40,399 bases of DNA from a virus. Its lineage: Duplodnaviria; Heunggongvirae; Uroviricota; Caudoviricetes. Where the stretch lies: positions 1-40,399 of the IMG/VR virus record IMGVR_UViG_3300006145_000007; one strand, 5' to 3'. Position numbers and translations under genes: made by a program. The notes under the pieces were generated by a model, which saw nothing but the letters and a program-made list of their open reading frames with translations, had not been told where the DNA came from and searched no databases. Positions 7,065-16,495 of the stretch are shown here, in pieces (the stretch's first letter is position 1; every line of letters begins with the position of its first letter).

Positions 7065-8267
7065 ATGGACAAGCTGACGAAGAGGCCAAACGAAACAGAT
7101 TTGGCGTATCATAAGCGTCTGATCTATGGGAAGTTGGTCGATGGGACGCTTGCCGACGAGGACTACTCAGAACTGGCGCCATATGTCTATGGTAGAGAAT
7201 ACAGTACGGATGTTGCACGCAGGATGATGTACGGCAGCAAGAGAACGCTTGAGCTGTTAAGCGAGAGCGCCGAGCAGTCTATCACATCCGACGATATCCT
7301 GAGCGAGCTGGACGCGAAGAGGATTGAGCTGCAGAAGGACAAGCAGAAGATGCTTGACCAGAGGTCTGCGCTCAACAAACTGATCCGTGAACGCGCACGT
7401 CAGGAAGAGATCAATGAAATCCTGATGAGCGCGGTGGAGAGGGGTAATCTTCCATCGCTTGATTACCATGGCCCGAGTGAGGGTGTCACATTGTCATCCG
7501 ACAACGATATCCTGGTGAGTCTCAATGACATTCACTATGGGGCGAAGGTGAACAACTATTGGAACAAGTACGACTCCGATATCTGTCGCGATATGATGCG
7601 CCGGTATCTTGACCGTATCATTGAGATCGGTCGTTTACATAGGAGCGAGAATTGCATCGTGTGGGAGAATGGAGACGCGATCTCCGGCAACATCCACTAC
7701 TCGATTGCAGTGACCAACAAAGAGAACGTAATACAGCAGGTCATTGGTGTGTCTGAGCTGATTGCAGAGTTCCTTGCTGAACTGAGCAAACACTTTGCCA
7801 GTGTGCAGTTTGTGAGTGTGTCAGGCAATCACTCCAGACTTGACGTGAAAGACCGTGCCTTACAGTCTGAGCGCATGGACGATCTGGTGGAATGGTATCT
7901 GGCTGCACGCCTGCAGAACTTTGACAACGTCTTGATTGGCGTTGGCGAGAAGGTAGACGCCACCATGTATCTGATTGATGTGCGTGGTAAGACGTACTGT
8001 GGTATCCACGGTGATTACGACGGAAGTGCCACGAAGGTGCAGGCGCTTCAGACAATGGCTCGCAGGCCGCTGTACGCGGTTCTGAGCGGGCATCTTCACC
8101 ACAACATGATGGATGAAGTCCAGGGGATCAAGACGGTCATGGCCGGCAGCTTCCTCGGGATGGATGATTTTTGTGTCAGTAAACGAATATACGGCCGCCC
8201 GGAGCAGATGGTATGTATCTGTGACAACAGCGGCATCAGGTGTTCGTACAATATTGATCTCAGCTAA
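7065..8267 (+). CDS. Calcineurin-like metallophosphoesterase with N-terminal coiled coil (YonJ-like position)
   Basis: All five metal motifs are present: DIH, GD, GNH, IHGD and GHLH. RBS is GAGGAGG. Confidence 0.85.
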   Translation: MDKLTKRPNETDLAYHKRLIYGKLVDGTLADEDYSELAPYVYGREYSTDVARRMMYGSKRTLELLSESAEQSITSDDILSELDAKRIELQKDKQKMLDQRSALNKLIRERARQEEINEILMSAVERGNLPSLDYHGPSEGVTLSSDNDILVSLNDIHYGAKVNNYWNKYDSDICRDMMRRYLDRIIEIGRLHRSENCIVWENGDAISGNIHYSIAVTNKENVIQQVIGVSELIAEFLAELSKHFASVQFVSVSGNHSRLDVKDRALQSERMDDLVEWYLAARLQNFDNVLIGVGEKVDATMYLIDVRGKTYCGIHGDYDGSATKVQALQTMARRPLYAVLSGHLHHNMMDEVQGIKTVMAGSFLGMDDFCVSKRIYGRPEQMVCICDNSGIRCSYNIDLS

Positions 8268-8273
8268 AGCGAC

Positions 8274-8307
8274 CGGGAGGGGTGAACAGCCCCTCCCGCT
8301 ATTTTTT
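8274..8307 (+). terminator. Intrinsic terminator
   Basis: CGGGAGGGG-tgaacag-CCCCTCCCG followed by CTATTTTTT. Confidence 0.75.
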
Positions 8308-8311
8308 ATAT

Positions 8312-8385
8312 CGCAGGATCGTCTAAAGGTAGGATATTTGGTTCATGCCCAAAAGATTAGAGTTCGACTCTCTATCCTGCAACCA
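8312..8385 (+). tRNA. tRNA with CAT anticodon, initiator (fMet)-like, encoded CCA
   Basis: Cloverleaf: CGCAGGA/TCCTGCA with C1:A72 mismatch, D-loop containing GG, TTTGG-TTCATGC-CCAAA, T-arm TAGAG-TTCGACT-CTCTA, then A73 and CCA. Confidence 0.85.
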
Positions 8386-8414
8386 CAACTATTTTTGATT
8401 GAAAGGGTGAACAT

Positions 8415-8705
8415 ATGGTAACAAGGGACGAGTTCATCGAGCGCCTGTCGCAGAAGGGTTACACCAAACGCGACGCTGGCATCGTGATGGACGATTTTAT
8501 CAGAACATTGGAGGAGGCTCTGGTCGGCGGCGAATCCGTAATGTTCCACGGGTTCGGGACATTTGAAATCCGTGAGCGCGCCGAGCGTGAGAGCTCCAAT
8601 CCACAGACGAAGGAACGAATTGTAATCCCCTCTTATCGTGCCGCGCACTTCACGCCGGGCAAGAAGCTGAAGCGTGAAATCAAAGAGGGCTTGGTTCGGG
8701 ATTGA
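8415..8705 (+). CDS. hup: HU/IHF-family DNA-binding protein (YonN-like)
   Basis: Signature GFGTFEIRER...NPQTKE.I.IP...F.PGKKLK, 96 aa. Confidence 0.92.
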   Translation: MVTRDEFIERLSQKGYTKRDAGIVMDDFIRTLEEALVGGESVMFHGFGTFEIRERAERESSNPQTKERIVIPSYRAAHFTPGKKLKREIKEGLVRD

Positions 8706-8716
8706 GGTGATACGCA

Positions 8717-9778
8717 ATGCCGAAGCAGAGTAAGATTGCAAGCACAAGGCCAAACGCGGCGGCTCCGGTTAAACAAGGCCCGGATCGGTTTTACTGTACC
8801 AGGTGTGAGCGTTCGTTCACAAAGCAGAAGAGTAACTTCCCTGGTTCGCAGAGTCCGCTGTGGAGGAACAACAACGGGTATATACCTGTGTGCCGGCATT
8901 GCGTCGATGAAATATATAATCATTATAAGGAGACGCTGGGCGACGAGAAGGCCGCCATCCGGCGTATATGCCTGAAGTTCGATATCTACTGGAGCGAGAA
9001 GATCTACAAGATGTTGGTTAAGACTTGCACTACGAACTCTCGCGTCTTGAGCTACATAAGCAAGTCGAACCTGTACCAGTTTGTCGGGAAGACATTTGAC
9101 GACACACTGGACGAAGAATATGCGGCGGAAGCAGATAAGACCGCTTGGCAGCTCCGGCAAGGCGATGCCGACAGTTATGTGGATGGTCAGGATGATCCAT
9201 CCATAGAACAGATAGACCAGGAAGTCATTGACTTCTGGGGACCCGGTATGACGCCAACCATGTATATGGAGTTGGAGCAGCGCAAGGTTTATTGGATGAG
9301 CCACTTGCCTGCCGGCGTTGAAGTCGGTATCGGGCTTGAGGCTTTGATCCGCCAGATCTGCAGTATGGAGGTTGATATCAACCGAGACCGTGCTGCGGGT
9401 AAGTCGGTTGATAAGGCGGTCGGTACACTGAACACTTTGATCGGGAGCGCTATGCTCAAGCCGAGCCAGAAATCTGACAGTTCGGACAGCTCCCTGGAGA
9501 AGACTCCGTTCGGAGTGTGGATCAAGAAGTGGGAAGATAAGAGACCGATCCCAGAGCCCGACCCGGATATGAAGGATGTAGATGGTATCGTCAGATACGT
9601 TGAGATCTGGATGAAGGGGCATCTGTCAAAGATGCTTGGGCTCAAGAACGCATACTCTGCTCTGTACGATAAAGAGATTGCGAAGAAGCGCGTGGAGCGC
9701 CCAGAGTTTGACGACGAGGATGACGAGACCTTCTTCTCTGACGTGTTCGGAGAGGAGGATCAGGATGACGAGAGCTGA
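8717..9778 (+). CDS. Zinc-binding protein upstream of terminase (YonG-like; candidate terminase small subunit)
   Basis: CTRC and CRHC pairs, an acidic C-terminal tail, and overlap with terL. Confidence 0.6.
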   Translation: MPKQSKIASTRPNAAAPVKQGPDRFYCTRCERSFTKQKSNFPGSQSPLWRNNNGYIPVCRHCVDEIYNHYKETLGDEKAAIRRICLKFDIYWSEKIYKMLVKTCTTNSRVLSYISKSNLYQFVGKTFDDTLDEEYAAEADKTAWQLRQGDADSYVDGQDDPSIEQIDQEVIDFWGPGMTPTMYMELEQRKVYWMSHLPAGVEVGIGLEALIRQICSMEVDINRDRAAGKSVDKAVGTLNTLIGSAMLKPSQKSDSSDSSLEKTPFGVWIKKWEDKRPIPEPDPDMKDVDGIVRYVEIWMKGHLSKMLGLKNAYSALYDKEIAKKRVERPEFDDEDDETFFSDVFGEEDQDDES

Positions 9779-11510
9779 GAAAATCATGCAAGGCGCAGCG
9801 GTATACTGCGCCTTTTATCGTGCAAATCCAGCGAGGTTTGCCAAAGACTATCTGCATCTTGACCTGAGACTCTTCCAGAAGATCGTCATCACGATGATGA
9901 TCCTATGCTCGAACGCTGTGTTCATCGGCGCTCGTGGTATTGGTAAGACATTCATCAGCGCGGTGTTCTGTGTTATCCGCTGTATCCTGTGGCCCGGTAC
10001 CAAGGTGTGTATTGCGTCAGGTACAAGAGGACAAGCCATCAATGTCTTGGAAAAGATTATGTTGGAACTCAAACCAAACTCACCGGAGTTGGCTGCTGAG
10101 ATCGACATGAAGGAAACCAAGATAAACGGTACGGACGCGAAGATCGTTTTCCTGAACGGGTCATACATCAAGGTCGTCACCGCATCCGACTCCAGCCGTG
10201 GTAACCGCGCAAACGTTCTGATCCTTGATGAGTTCCGTCTAATCTCCAAGGATGTTATTGATACGATCCTGCGCAAGTTCCTGACACAGCGGCGTATGCC
10301 GAAGTATGAGGAGCTGACCAAGGCGGAACGCCGTGCGGAGTACGACAAAGAAAAGAACATGACCGCGTACCTGAGTTCTGCGTATTACTCCGACCACTGG
10401 AGTTATACAAAGTGCCAGGATACGTTCAAGGCCATGCTGGATGAATCGAAGTCTCAGTTTGTGTGCAGCCTTCCATATCAGCTTTCTATCGAGGAAGGCT
10501 TGCTGGATGCTGATACTGTTCTGGACGAAATGTCGGAGACAGACTTCTCTGATATCAAGTTCTCCATGGAGTATGAGGCGCTGTTCTACGGCAGCTCTGA
10601 GGATGCGTTCTTTGATTTCGCATCTGTCTCCAAGAACCGGCGTATCAAGTACCCTATGTTCCCGGACAGGTCATCCGGGAAACTTATGTCCAACGCGAAC
10701 ATCAGCATACCCCCAAAGAGACCTGGCGAGAAACGTATCCTCTCTGTCGATATCGCTCTGATGAAGAGCAAGAAGAGAAAGAAGAAAAACGACGCCACGG
10801 CAATCTTTGTGAATCAGATGCTGCCAACAAAGGCAGGCAGGTATGTGAGTAACATCGTGTACGCCGATGGCAATGAGGGTATGCACACTGCAGACCAGGC
10901 ATTGCTCGTCCGCAAGTTGTTCGACGAGTATGAATGCGACTATCTGGTTATCGACGCGAACGGCGTAGGCGCCGGCGTTGCTGACCTGCTGCTCCGCGAT
11001 ATACCAGACCCAGTTACTGGAGATATCTACCCGGCTATATCATGCTGCAACAACCAGGACATGGCAGACCGGTGTATATCAAAGGACGCCAAGAAAGTAA
11101 TCTGGGCAATCAAGGCAACGTCGAAGTTCAACTCCGACATTGCGTATCTTCTGCGCGAGGGATTCAGCAGCGGCCGCGTTCGTCTTCTGGACACAGAGAT
11201 CAACGGCGAGGCGAGTATGAATGAGCTGCGCGGGTATTCGTCACTCAACCCGTCTGAGCGCACGTTTATGTCTCTGCCGTATGTCCACACCACTCTCCTG
11301 ATCGACGAGCTGACAAAGCTCCAGCATGAAGAGAAGGACGGGCTCGTCAGAGTATACGAGCGTTCCGGGAAGCGCAAGGATAGATACTCCAGTCTGGCAT
11401 ATAACTACTGGGTCGCCTGCCAAGTCGAGACAAAGATCCGTAAGCGGAGTGTGTCGGCACAGTCAGGGAGCGGCCCTCAGTTTATGTTCCGGGCACCAAA
11501 AGTCAAGTAA
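9765..11510 (+). CDS. terL: Terminase large subunit
   Basis: Walker A GARGIGKT, Walker B LILDE, YLSSA, and nuclease motifs SVDIAL, DANGVG and RKDRYSS. GGAGG then ATG 9765. Confidence 0.9.
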   Translation: MTRAEKIMQGAAVYCAFYRANPARFAKDYLHLDLRLFQKIVITMMILCSNAVFIGARGIGKTFISAVFCVIRCILWPGTKVCIASGTRGQAINVLEKIMLELKPNSPELAAEIDMKETKINGTDAKIVFLNGSYIKVVTASDSSRGNRANVLILDEFRLISKDVIDTILRKFLTQRRMPKYEELTKAERRAEYDKEKNMTAYLSSAYYSDHWSYTKCQDTFKAMLDESKSQFVCSLPYQLSIEEGLLDADTVLDEMSETDFSDIKFSMEYEALFYGSSEDAFFDFASVSKNRRIKYPMFPDRSSGKLMSNANISIPPKRPGEKRILSVDIALMKSKKRKKKNDATAIFVNQMLPTKAGRYVSNIVYADGNEGMHTADQALLVRKLFDEYECDYLVIDANGVGAGVADLLLRDIPDPVTGDIYPAISCCNNQDMADRCISKDAKKVIWAIKATSKFNSDIAYLLREGFSSGRVRLLDTEINGEASMNELRGYSSLNPSERTFMSLPYVHTTLLIDELTKLQHEEKDGLVRVYERSGKRKDRYSSLAYNYWVACQVETKIRKRSVSAQSGSGPQFMFRAPKVK

Positions 11511-11525
11511 AGGAGGTGAATGAGT

Positions 11526-13046
11526 TTGGCAAGAAAAATTGTCGATGCAAGCGAAGACAAGACAGAAGTATATAAGGAACCGTTGTCGTTTGACGCGGAC
11601 GGTTTGATTCGTATCCCACAAAGGTTCGCGGCGCTCAACCGTTTGATCATGCGGGACTTGAATGGCAGGCTGCGCAGTCCTACCTTCTATAAATACACGA
11701 AGGATCAGATTTCACAGTACCTGTCTAACCCATATCGCTACCAGAAGAATCTGCGTAACGCAGCGATCTATCTGTATGCGGCGAGTTCCCATTTCCGCCG
11801 TTTGATCCAGTATTTTGTTGCCCTGTCCGATTTGGCATATGTCGTGTCTCCGTATCGGATCGATACGAGTACGGCGAAGCAATCCATGCTGAGGAAACAG
11901 TACAAGCGTACTCTCAACATGCTTTCGGCTATGGACATCAAGAACCAGTTCCCGAAGATCCTCACGGTATGCTTGCGCGAGGATGTCTTCTTCGGAACAA
12001 TGTGGGTCACCAACGACAACATCACGATCCAGCAGCTCCCGTCTGACTTCTGCGAAATCGCAGTCGTTGAGGGGAACGTGCCAAATGTGTCATTCAACTT
12101 CTCGTATTTTGACACGAACCATCAGTATCTTGAGATGTATCCGAAGGAGTTCCAGGATAAGTACGAGCTGTATAAGAGTGACATGACGAAGATGAAGTGG
12201 CAGGAACTTGACGCACCTAACTCATTTGCCGTGAAGTGTAACAACGATATCCTCGACTACGCGATCCCTCCGTTCGTAGGTATCTTCCGTGAGATCTACG
12301 ACCTGGAGGATTACCGAAGCCTGAAGATGACCAAGACAGAACTGGAGAACTATGCGCTCCTGGTCATGAAACTTGGTATCAATAAAGAAGGCGAGTGGGA
12401 GATGGACTTCGACAAGGCGCGAGATTTCTACTCCAACCTTGCTGACGTACTCCCGGAGGAAGTCGGTGCAGTTCTGTCACCAATGCCGATTGATAAGATT
12501 GGCTTTGAGAAATCGAACACCAGAGACACAGACACAATCGCTGAGGCGGAACAGAATCTGTTTACTGCTGCCGGTGTATCTACTCTCCTGTTCAATAATG
12601 ACAAGGCTTCCAGTAATGCCCTGCTGCTTTCCATCAAGGCAGACCAGGCGCTTACATATGGCATCGTCAAGAGCATTGAGGAAGTGGTCAACCGTTTCAT
12701 TCACAGCTACCCGTACGGGAAAAACTTCAGAGTGACTTTCCTGGATTGTTCTCCATATAACCGCAAAGAAATGGGAGAGCAGTATTTGAAAGCGGCGCAG
12801 TATGGGTTCCCGACTCTGTCATACTTCTGCGCATCGCAGGGGTTGTCGCAGGCAGACATGGACGGCATGGACTTCCTGGAGAACGAGATTCTCAAGTTGA
12901 AGGATCGGTTCAGGCCATTGCTGAGTTCTGCCACCGTCAGCTCCGCAGACGGCGCCGGCAGGCCAACAAAGGATGACGGCGACCTATCGGATTCTGGTGA
13001 GTCATCCAGAGAGCATGACGACGGGGACGACAGCCAGCTTGAATGA
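11526..13046 (+). CDS. Portal protein
   Basis: About 507 aa directly after terL, with an acidic low-complexity tail (GRPTKDD...) typical of portals. TTG 11526 fits the RBS spacing better than ATG 11520. Confidence 0.8.
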   Translation: MARKIVDASEDKTEVYKEPLSFDADGLIRIPQRFAALNRLIMRDLNGRLRSPTFYKYTKDQISQYLSNPYRYQKNLRNAAIYLYAASSHFRRLIQYFVALSDLAYVVSPYRIDTSTAKQSMLRKQYKRTLNMLSAMDIKNQFPKILTVCLREDVFFGTMWVTNDNITIQQLPSDFCEIAVVEGNVPNVSFNFSYFDTNHQYLEMYPKEFQDKYELYKSDMTKMKWQELDAPNSFAVKCNNDILDYAIPPFVGIFREIYDLEDYRSLKMTKTELENYALLVMKLGINKEGEWEMDFDKARDFYSNLADVLPEEVGAVLSPMPIDKIGFEKSNTRDTDTIAEAEQNLFTAAGVSTLLFNNDKASSNALLLSIKADQALTYGIVKSIEEVVNRFIHSYPYGKNFRVTFLDCSPYNRKEMGEQYLKAAQYGFPTLSYFCASQGLSQADMDGMDFLENEILKLKDRFRPLLSSATVSSADGAGRPTKDDGDLSDSGESSREHDDGDDSQLE

Positions 13047-13060
13047 AAGGAAGGTACGGA

Positions 13061-13252
13061 ATGAACTTTATATATGTAATGAGTGTGAAGGACAAGAACA
13101 AGATGGTGTCCCTTGGGTATGACCTGATCAGGGAGGACACCAGGAACAGCATGTGGGTATTCAAGAATAAGGACACAACCACATTTGCCTGCGAGGATGA
13201 GATATCCGGCGCGGGCATTAAATTTGTGCTTTCCAACACGCTCACATTCTGA
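13061..13252 (+). CDS. Hypothetical protein (63 aa)
   Basis: GAAAGGAAGG RBS then ATG 13061. It fills the gap between portal and protease. Confidence 0.65.
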   Translation: MNFIYVMSVKDKNKMVSLGYDLIREDTRNSMWVFKNKDTTTFACEDEISGAGIKFVLSNTLTF

Positions 13253-13280
13253 AGCAGCAAAGAGCTGCGTTGGGAGGTAG

Positions 13281-14864
13281 ATGCACATGGACAAACAAAT
13301 CCGGCTGCAGTTTACCGCCTCAATCGAAGACATCTGCGACATCAATGAATCATTTGCCGCCGCGAAGATCCGTGCTTTCTATGTAGGCGGGAACAGGAAT
13401 GGTTCGTTCATCAGTAAGCAGAGTGCAGAAGATGCGATCCCGACTATGTTCAACTGCCCTATCGTATGCAACTACGATGTTGAGTCCGACACGATTGGCG
13501 GACATGACATCGACATTGTTGCAATGGATGACGGAGAACTTAAGCTGGTCAATCTCACTGACGCGGTCGGTGTTATCCCATCTGACGCAATGTATAGGTT
13601 CGAAACGATTGAGGAAGAAGACGGATCAACGCACGAGTATTTCGTGGTTGACGCAATCTTGTGGAAGCGGTCTCCTGCGTATGACAAGATCAAGCGGGAC
13701 GGCATTGTGTCTCAGTCTATGGAGATTACTGTGCTGAATGGTCACATGCAGGGCGACCTGTATGTTATCGAGAAGTTCATCTTCACCGCGTTCTGTCTTC
13801 TTGGCGATGGTATCGAACCATGCTTTGAATCTGCGTCGTTGCAGCTTTTCGATAAGGGGAACTGCAGAGAACAGTTTGCTCTGCTTATGAAAGAACTCAA
13901 GCAGAGCTTCTCAAAGGTCAATCCATCTTTACAGGATGACAATGATACAACTACTAATTTTGCAACGGAAGGAGGAGAAAAGGAGTTGGACGAGAAAAGT
14001 AAACTTGCCGTCGAGTACGGATTCGATATCAACAGTCTGGACTTTTCTGTGGAGGATCTGACTCTCGATGAGCTGCGGGCAAAGTTCGAGGAGATGAAGG
14101 CTGCTGATTCAGCGGTCACACCCGCAGATGGTGATCCCGAAAAGGACTTCGCGCTGGAGGGTCAGTTCCGAGGGGAACTCGTTGAGTCTCTGGAATCTGA
14201 GAAGATCGAAACCCCGTGGGGTATGGATTGTCACTACTGGTTCTGGGACTATGACCGCGAGGCGTCCGAGGTATATGCTACGGATCTTACAGACTGGAAT
14301 CTGTATGGGTTCCCGTACTCCACGGACGGCGACCGGGTCGTTGTGGACTTCAAGTGCAAGAAGCGCATGAAGCTCGCCGTGGTTCCATTCGATGAGGGCA
14401 GCGCCGCCGCGCAGATGAGCGAGATGTTCACTGCTGTGATGGAGAAGTTCACTGCTGCGAAGGAGGCAGAGATCCAAGCCAAGTTCGACGCAGAGAAGGC
14501 GGCTATCGAAGCAAAGTATCAGACAGCGGAGACCACCATCAATCAGATGAATACGGAACTTTCCGAACTGCGCCAGTTCAAGCAGGACAAGCTCAAGGAT
14601 GAGCGTGCTGCTGACGAGGACGCAGTTTTTGCTATGTTCCCGGATCTGAGCGGGGTCGAGACGTTTGAGAATCTCCGCAAGAGCTGCGCCGAGATGTCCA
14701 TCGACGAAATCGAGGACAAGTGCTTTGCGATCCGTGGCCGCAACACATCTGTGCAGAATTTCTCTGCTCAGAAGCCAAAGGCGCCCAGGCTGCCTGTGGA
14801 AAAGAGCGGGGCGGCTGACGAGCCCTATGGCGGACTTTTCGTAGAATTTCCGCCAAACAAATAA
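13281..14864 (+). CDS. Prohead protease/scaffold fusion (YonD-like)
   Basis: N-terminal protease-like region (NRNGS, QSMEI, FTAFCLLG...PCF) and an acidic coiled-coil C-terminus. It lies between portal and capsid genes. The start may be ATG 13287. Confidence 0.75.
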   Translation: MHMDKQIRLQFTASIEDICDINESFAAAKIRAFYVGGNRNGSFISKQSAEDAIPTMFNCPIVCNYDVESDTIGGHDIDIVAMDDGELKLVNLTDAVGVIPSDAMYRFETIEEEDGSTHEYFVVDAILWKRSPAYDKIKRDGIVSQSMEITVLNGHMQGDLYVIEKFIFTAFCLLGDGIEPCFESASLQLFDKGNCREQFALLMKELKQSFSKVNPSLQDDNDTTTNFATEGGEKELDEKSKLAVEYGFDINSLDFSVEDLTLDELRAKFEEMKAADSAVTPADGDPEKDFALEGQFRGELVESLESEKIETPWGMDCHYWFWDYDREASEVYATDLTDWNLYGFPYSTDGDRVVVDFKCKKRMKLAVVPFDEGSAAAQMSEMFTAVMEKFTAAKEAEIQAKFDAEKAAIEAKYQTAETTINQMNTELSELRQFKQDKLKDERAADEDAVFAMFPDLSGVETFENLRKSCAEMSIDEIEDKCFAIRGRNTSVQNFSAQKPKAPRLPVEKSGAADEPYGGLFVEFPPNK

Positions 14865-14893
14865 GAAAAGATTGAAATAAGGAGGAAAATATC

Positions 14894-15388
14894 ATGGCTT
14901 ATACAGTTTTTCGTTCTGATCTGCTGTCTGGCACTGACGTCGCGGCTGACCTTGTCTCCGCCCGCGTGTACGACAGCGGCGAAAAGATTGCCGTGGAGAA
15001 CGGCACCATCATCGAGCTCGAAGGTCTGGAGCCCGGCGAGCGCGAGGTTCACAAGGCCAAGCTGGCTACCGCTTCCAGCGAGCTGTCCAAGTGTGTCGTG
15101 GTCGGCACCCCCGAGGTGTTCTATGACGAGCGCCTGAAGAATCTCGACCAGTACATCAATGAGCCCAACAAGATCGTGCGCGGCTATATCCTGCGCAGCC
15201 GGAACATGTTCTCTGTGACGAAGGAAGGCTTTGTCGGCGGCACCGTTCCTGCTGTCGGCGACGAGGTCGGTATCGGCGCCAAGGGCAAGCTGGACGCTGC
15301 CGGCACTGGCTTCGGCGAGTGCATGGCTATTGAGCTGGCTGGCCGCTATACATACTACGTGATCCGTATCGCAAATACGGAAGTCTAA
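14894..15388 (+). CDS. Capsid-associated/decoration protein (YonC-like)
   Basis: Immediately precedes the major capsid gene and shows strong C/G-ending codon bias. Confidence 0.6.
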   Translation: MAYTVFRSDLLSGTDVAADLVSARVYDSGEKIAVENGTIIELEGLEPGEREVHKAKLATASSELSKCVVVGTPEVFYDERLKNLDQYINEPNKIVRGYILRSRNMFSVTKEGFVGGTVPAVGDEVGIGAKGKLDAAGTGFGECMAIELAGRYTYYVIRIANTEV

Positions 15389-15407
15389 TAAAGGAGGGTG
15401 AGATACA

Positions 15408-16421
15408 ATGGCTGATATGAATGAGATTGTCAGACTTGCTGTTGACGCATATCACGGCGTTACCACCAAGTATTCAGTGAACGAGTCCATGGACACTCTG
15501 CGCCAGGCTCTGGTCGCTGCCAACAACGGTTCCACCGTTATGAACTACAAAGACATCCGCGACGGCAAGTGCGTCGGTCTGTTCGCTCTGATCGAAGAGA
15601 TCCTGTCCCGCACCGTCGTCGAGGGCTTCCAGGGCGACGAGTATTTCAACGCTCTGGTCGATTTCCGCAACGTCGCTCTGGGCGACAAGAACATCTTCGA
15701 GGTTGCTGACCGTGACCTGTTCGTGGTGGCCGACGCCGCCGATGGTACTCAGGGCATCCGGCGTCAGCGGCTCGGTGGTGTGACACAGACCTCCATCCCC
15801 ACCTCCTTCAAGGTCGTGAAGATCTACGAGGAGATGAACCGCGTGCTGTCCGGTCAGGTGGACTTCAACTACTTCATCAACAAGGTGGCTGAGTCCTTCC
15901 GCCGGAAGCTGCTGGATGACATCTACGGCCTGTGGAGTACCGCTACCGCTGCCGACTTCGGCGGCACCACCTACTTCCCCGCCGCTGGTACATACAGCGA
16001 GGACGCACTGCTCGACCTGATCAACCATGTCGAGGCTGCCGCCAACGGCGCTACTGCCACGATCATCGGCACCAAGAAGGCTGTCCGTAATCTGGCTCCT
16101 TCCATCCAGGGCACTGACTCCAAGAGTGACCTGTATAACATGGGCTACTACGGCAACTTCTACGGCACCAGTGTCGTGGTGACCCCTCAGCGTCACAAGG
16201 TCGGCTCCACCGACTTCATCTTCCCCGACAATGTCCTGACCGTCATTGCCGGCGACGACAAGCCCATCAAGTGTGTGTACGAAGGCCAGTCCACCGTCAT
16301 CCTCGGCGACCTGACCAAGAACAGCGATCTGACCCAGGACTACTTCTACGGCGAGAAGTATGGTATGGGCATCGTGCTGGCCGGCGGCAATGCCGGTATC
16401 GGCCGTTACGAGATGGCCTAA
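15408..16421 (+). CDS. Major capsid protein
   Basis: 337 aa with very strong codon bias, in the expected position after the scaffold, followed by a stable hairpin. Confidence 0.8.
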   Translation: MADMNEIVRLAVDAYHGVTTKYSVNESMDTLRQALVAANNGSTVMNYKDIRDGKCVGLFALIEEILSRTVVEGFQGDEYFNALVDFRNVALGDKNIFEVADRDLFVVADAADGTQGIRRQRLGGVTQTSIPTSFKVVKIYEEMNRVLSGQVDFNYFINKVAESFRRKLLDDIYGLWSTATAADFGGTTYFPAAGTYSEDALLDLINHVEAAANGATATIIGTKKAVRNLAPSIQGTDSKSDLYNMGYYGNFYGTSVVVTPQRHKVGSTDFIFPDNVLTVIAGDDKPIKCVYEGQSTVILGDLTKNSDLTQDYFYGEKYGMGIVLAGGNAGIGRYEMA

Positions 16422-16435
16422 TCAAACACTACGCC

Positions 16436-16470
16436 AAGTGGCGGCCCTGTATCGCGCAGGGCTGCCACTT
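16436..16470 (+). terminator. 14-bp hairpin after capsid gene (weak terminator or mRNA stabiliser)
   Basis: AAGTGGCGGCCCTG-tatcgcg-CAGGGCTGCCACTT, followed only by ACTTTG. Confidence 0.55.
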
Positions 16471-16495
16471 ACTTTGAATGAAAGGAATGTGAATT

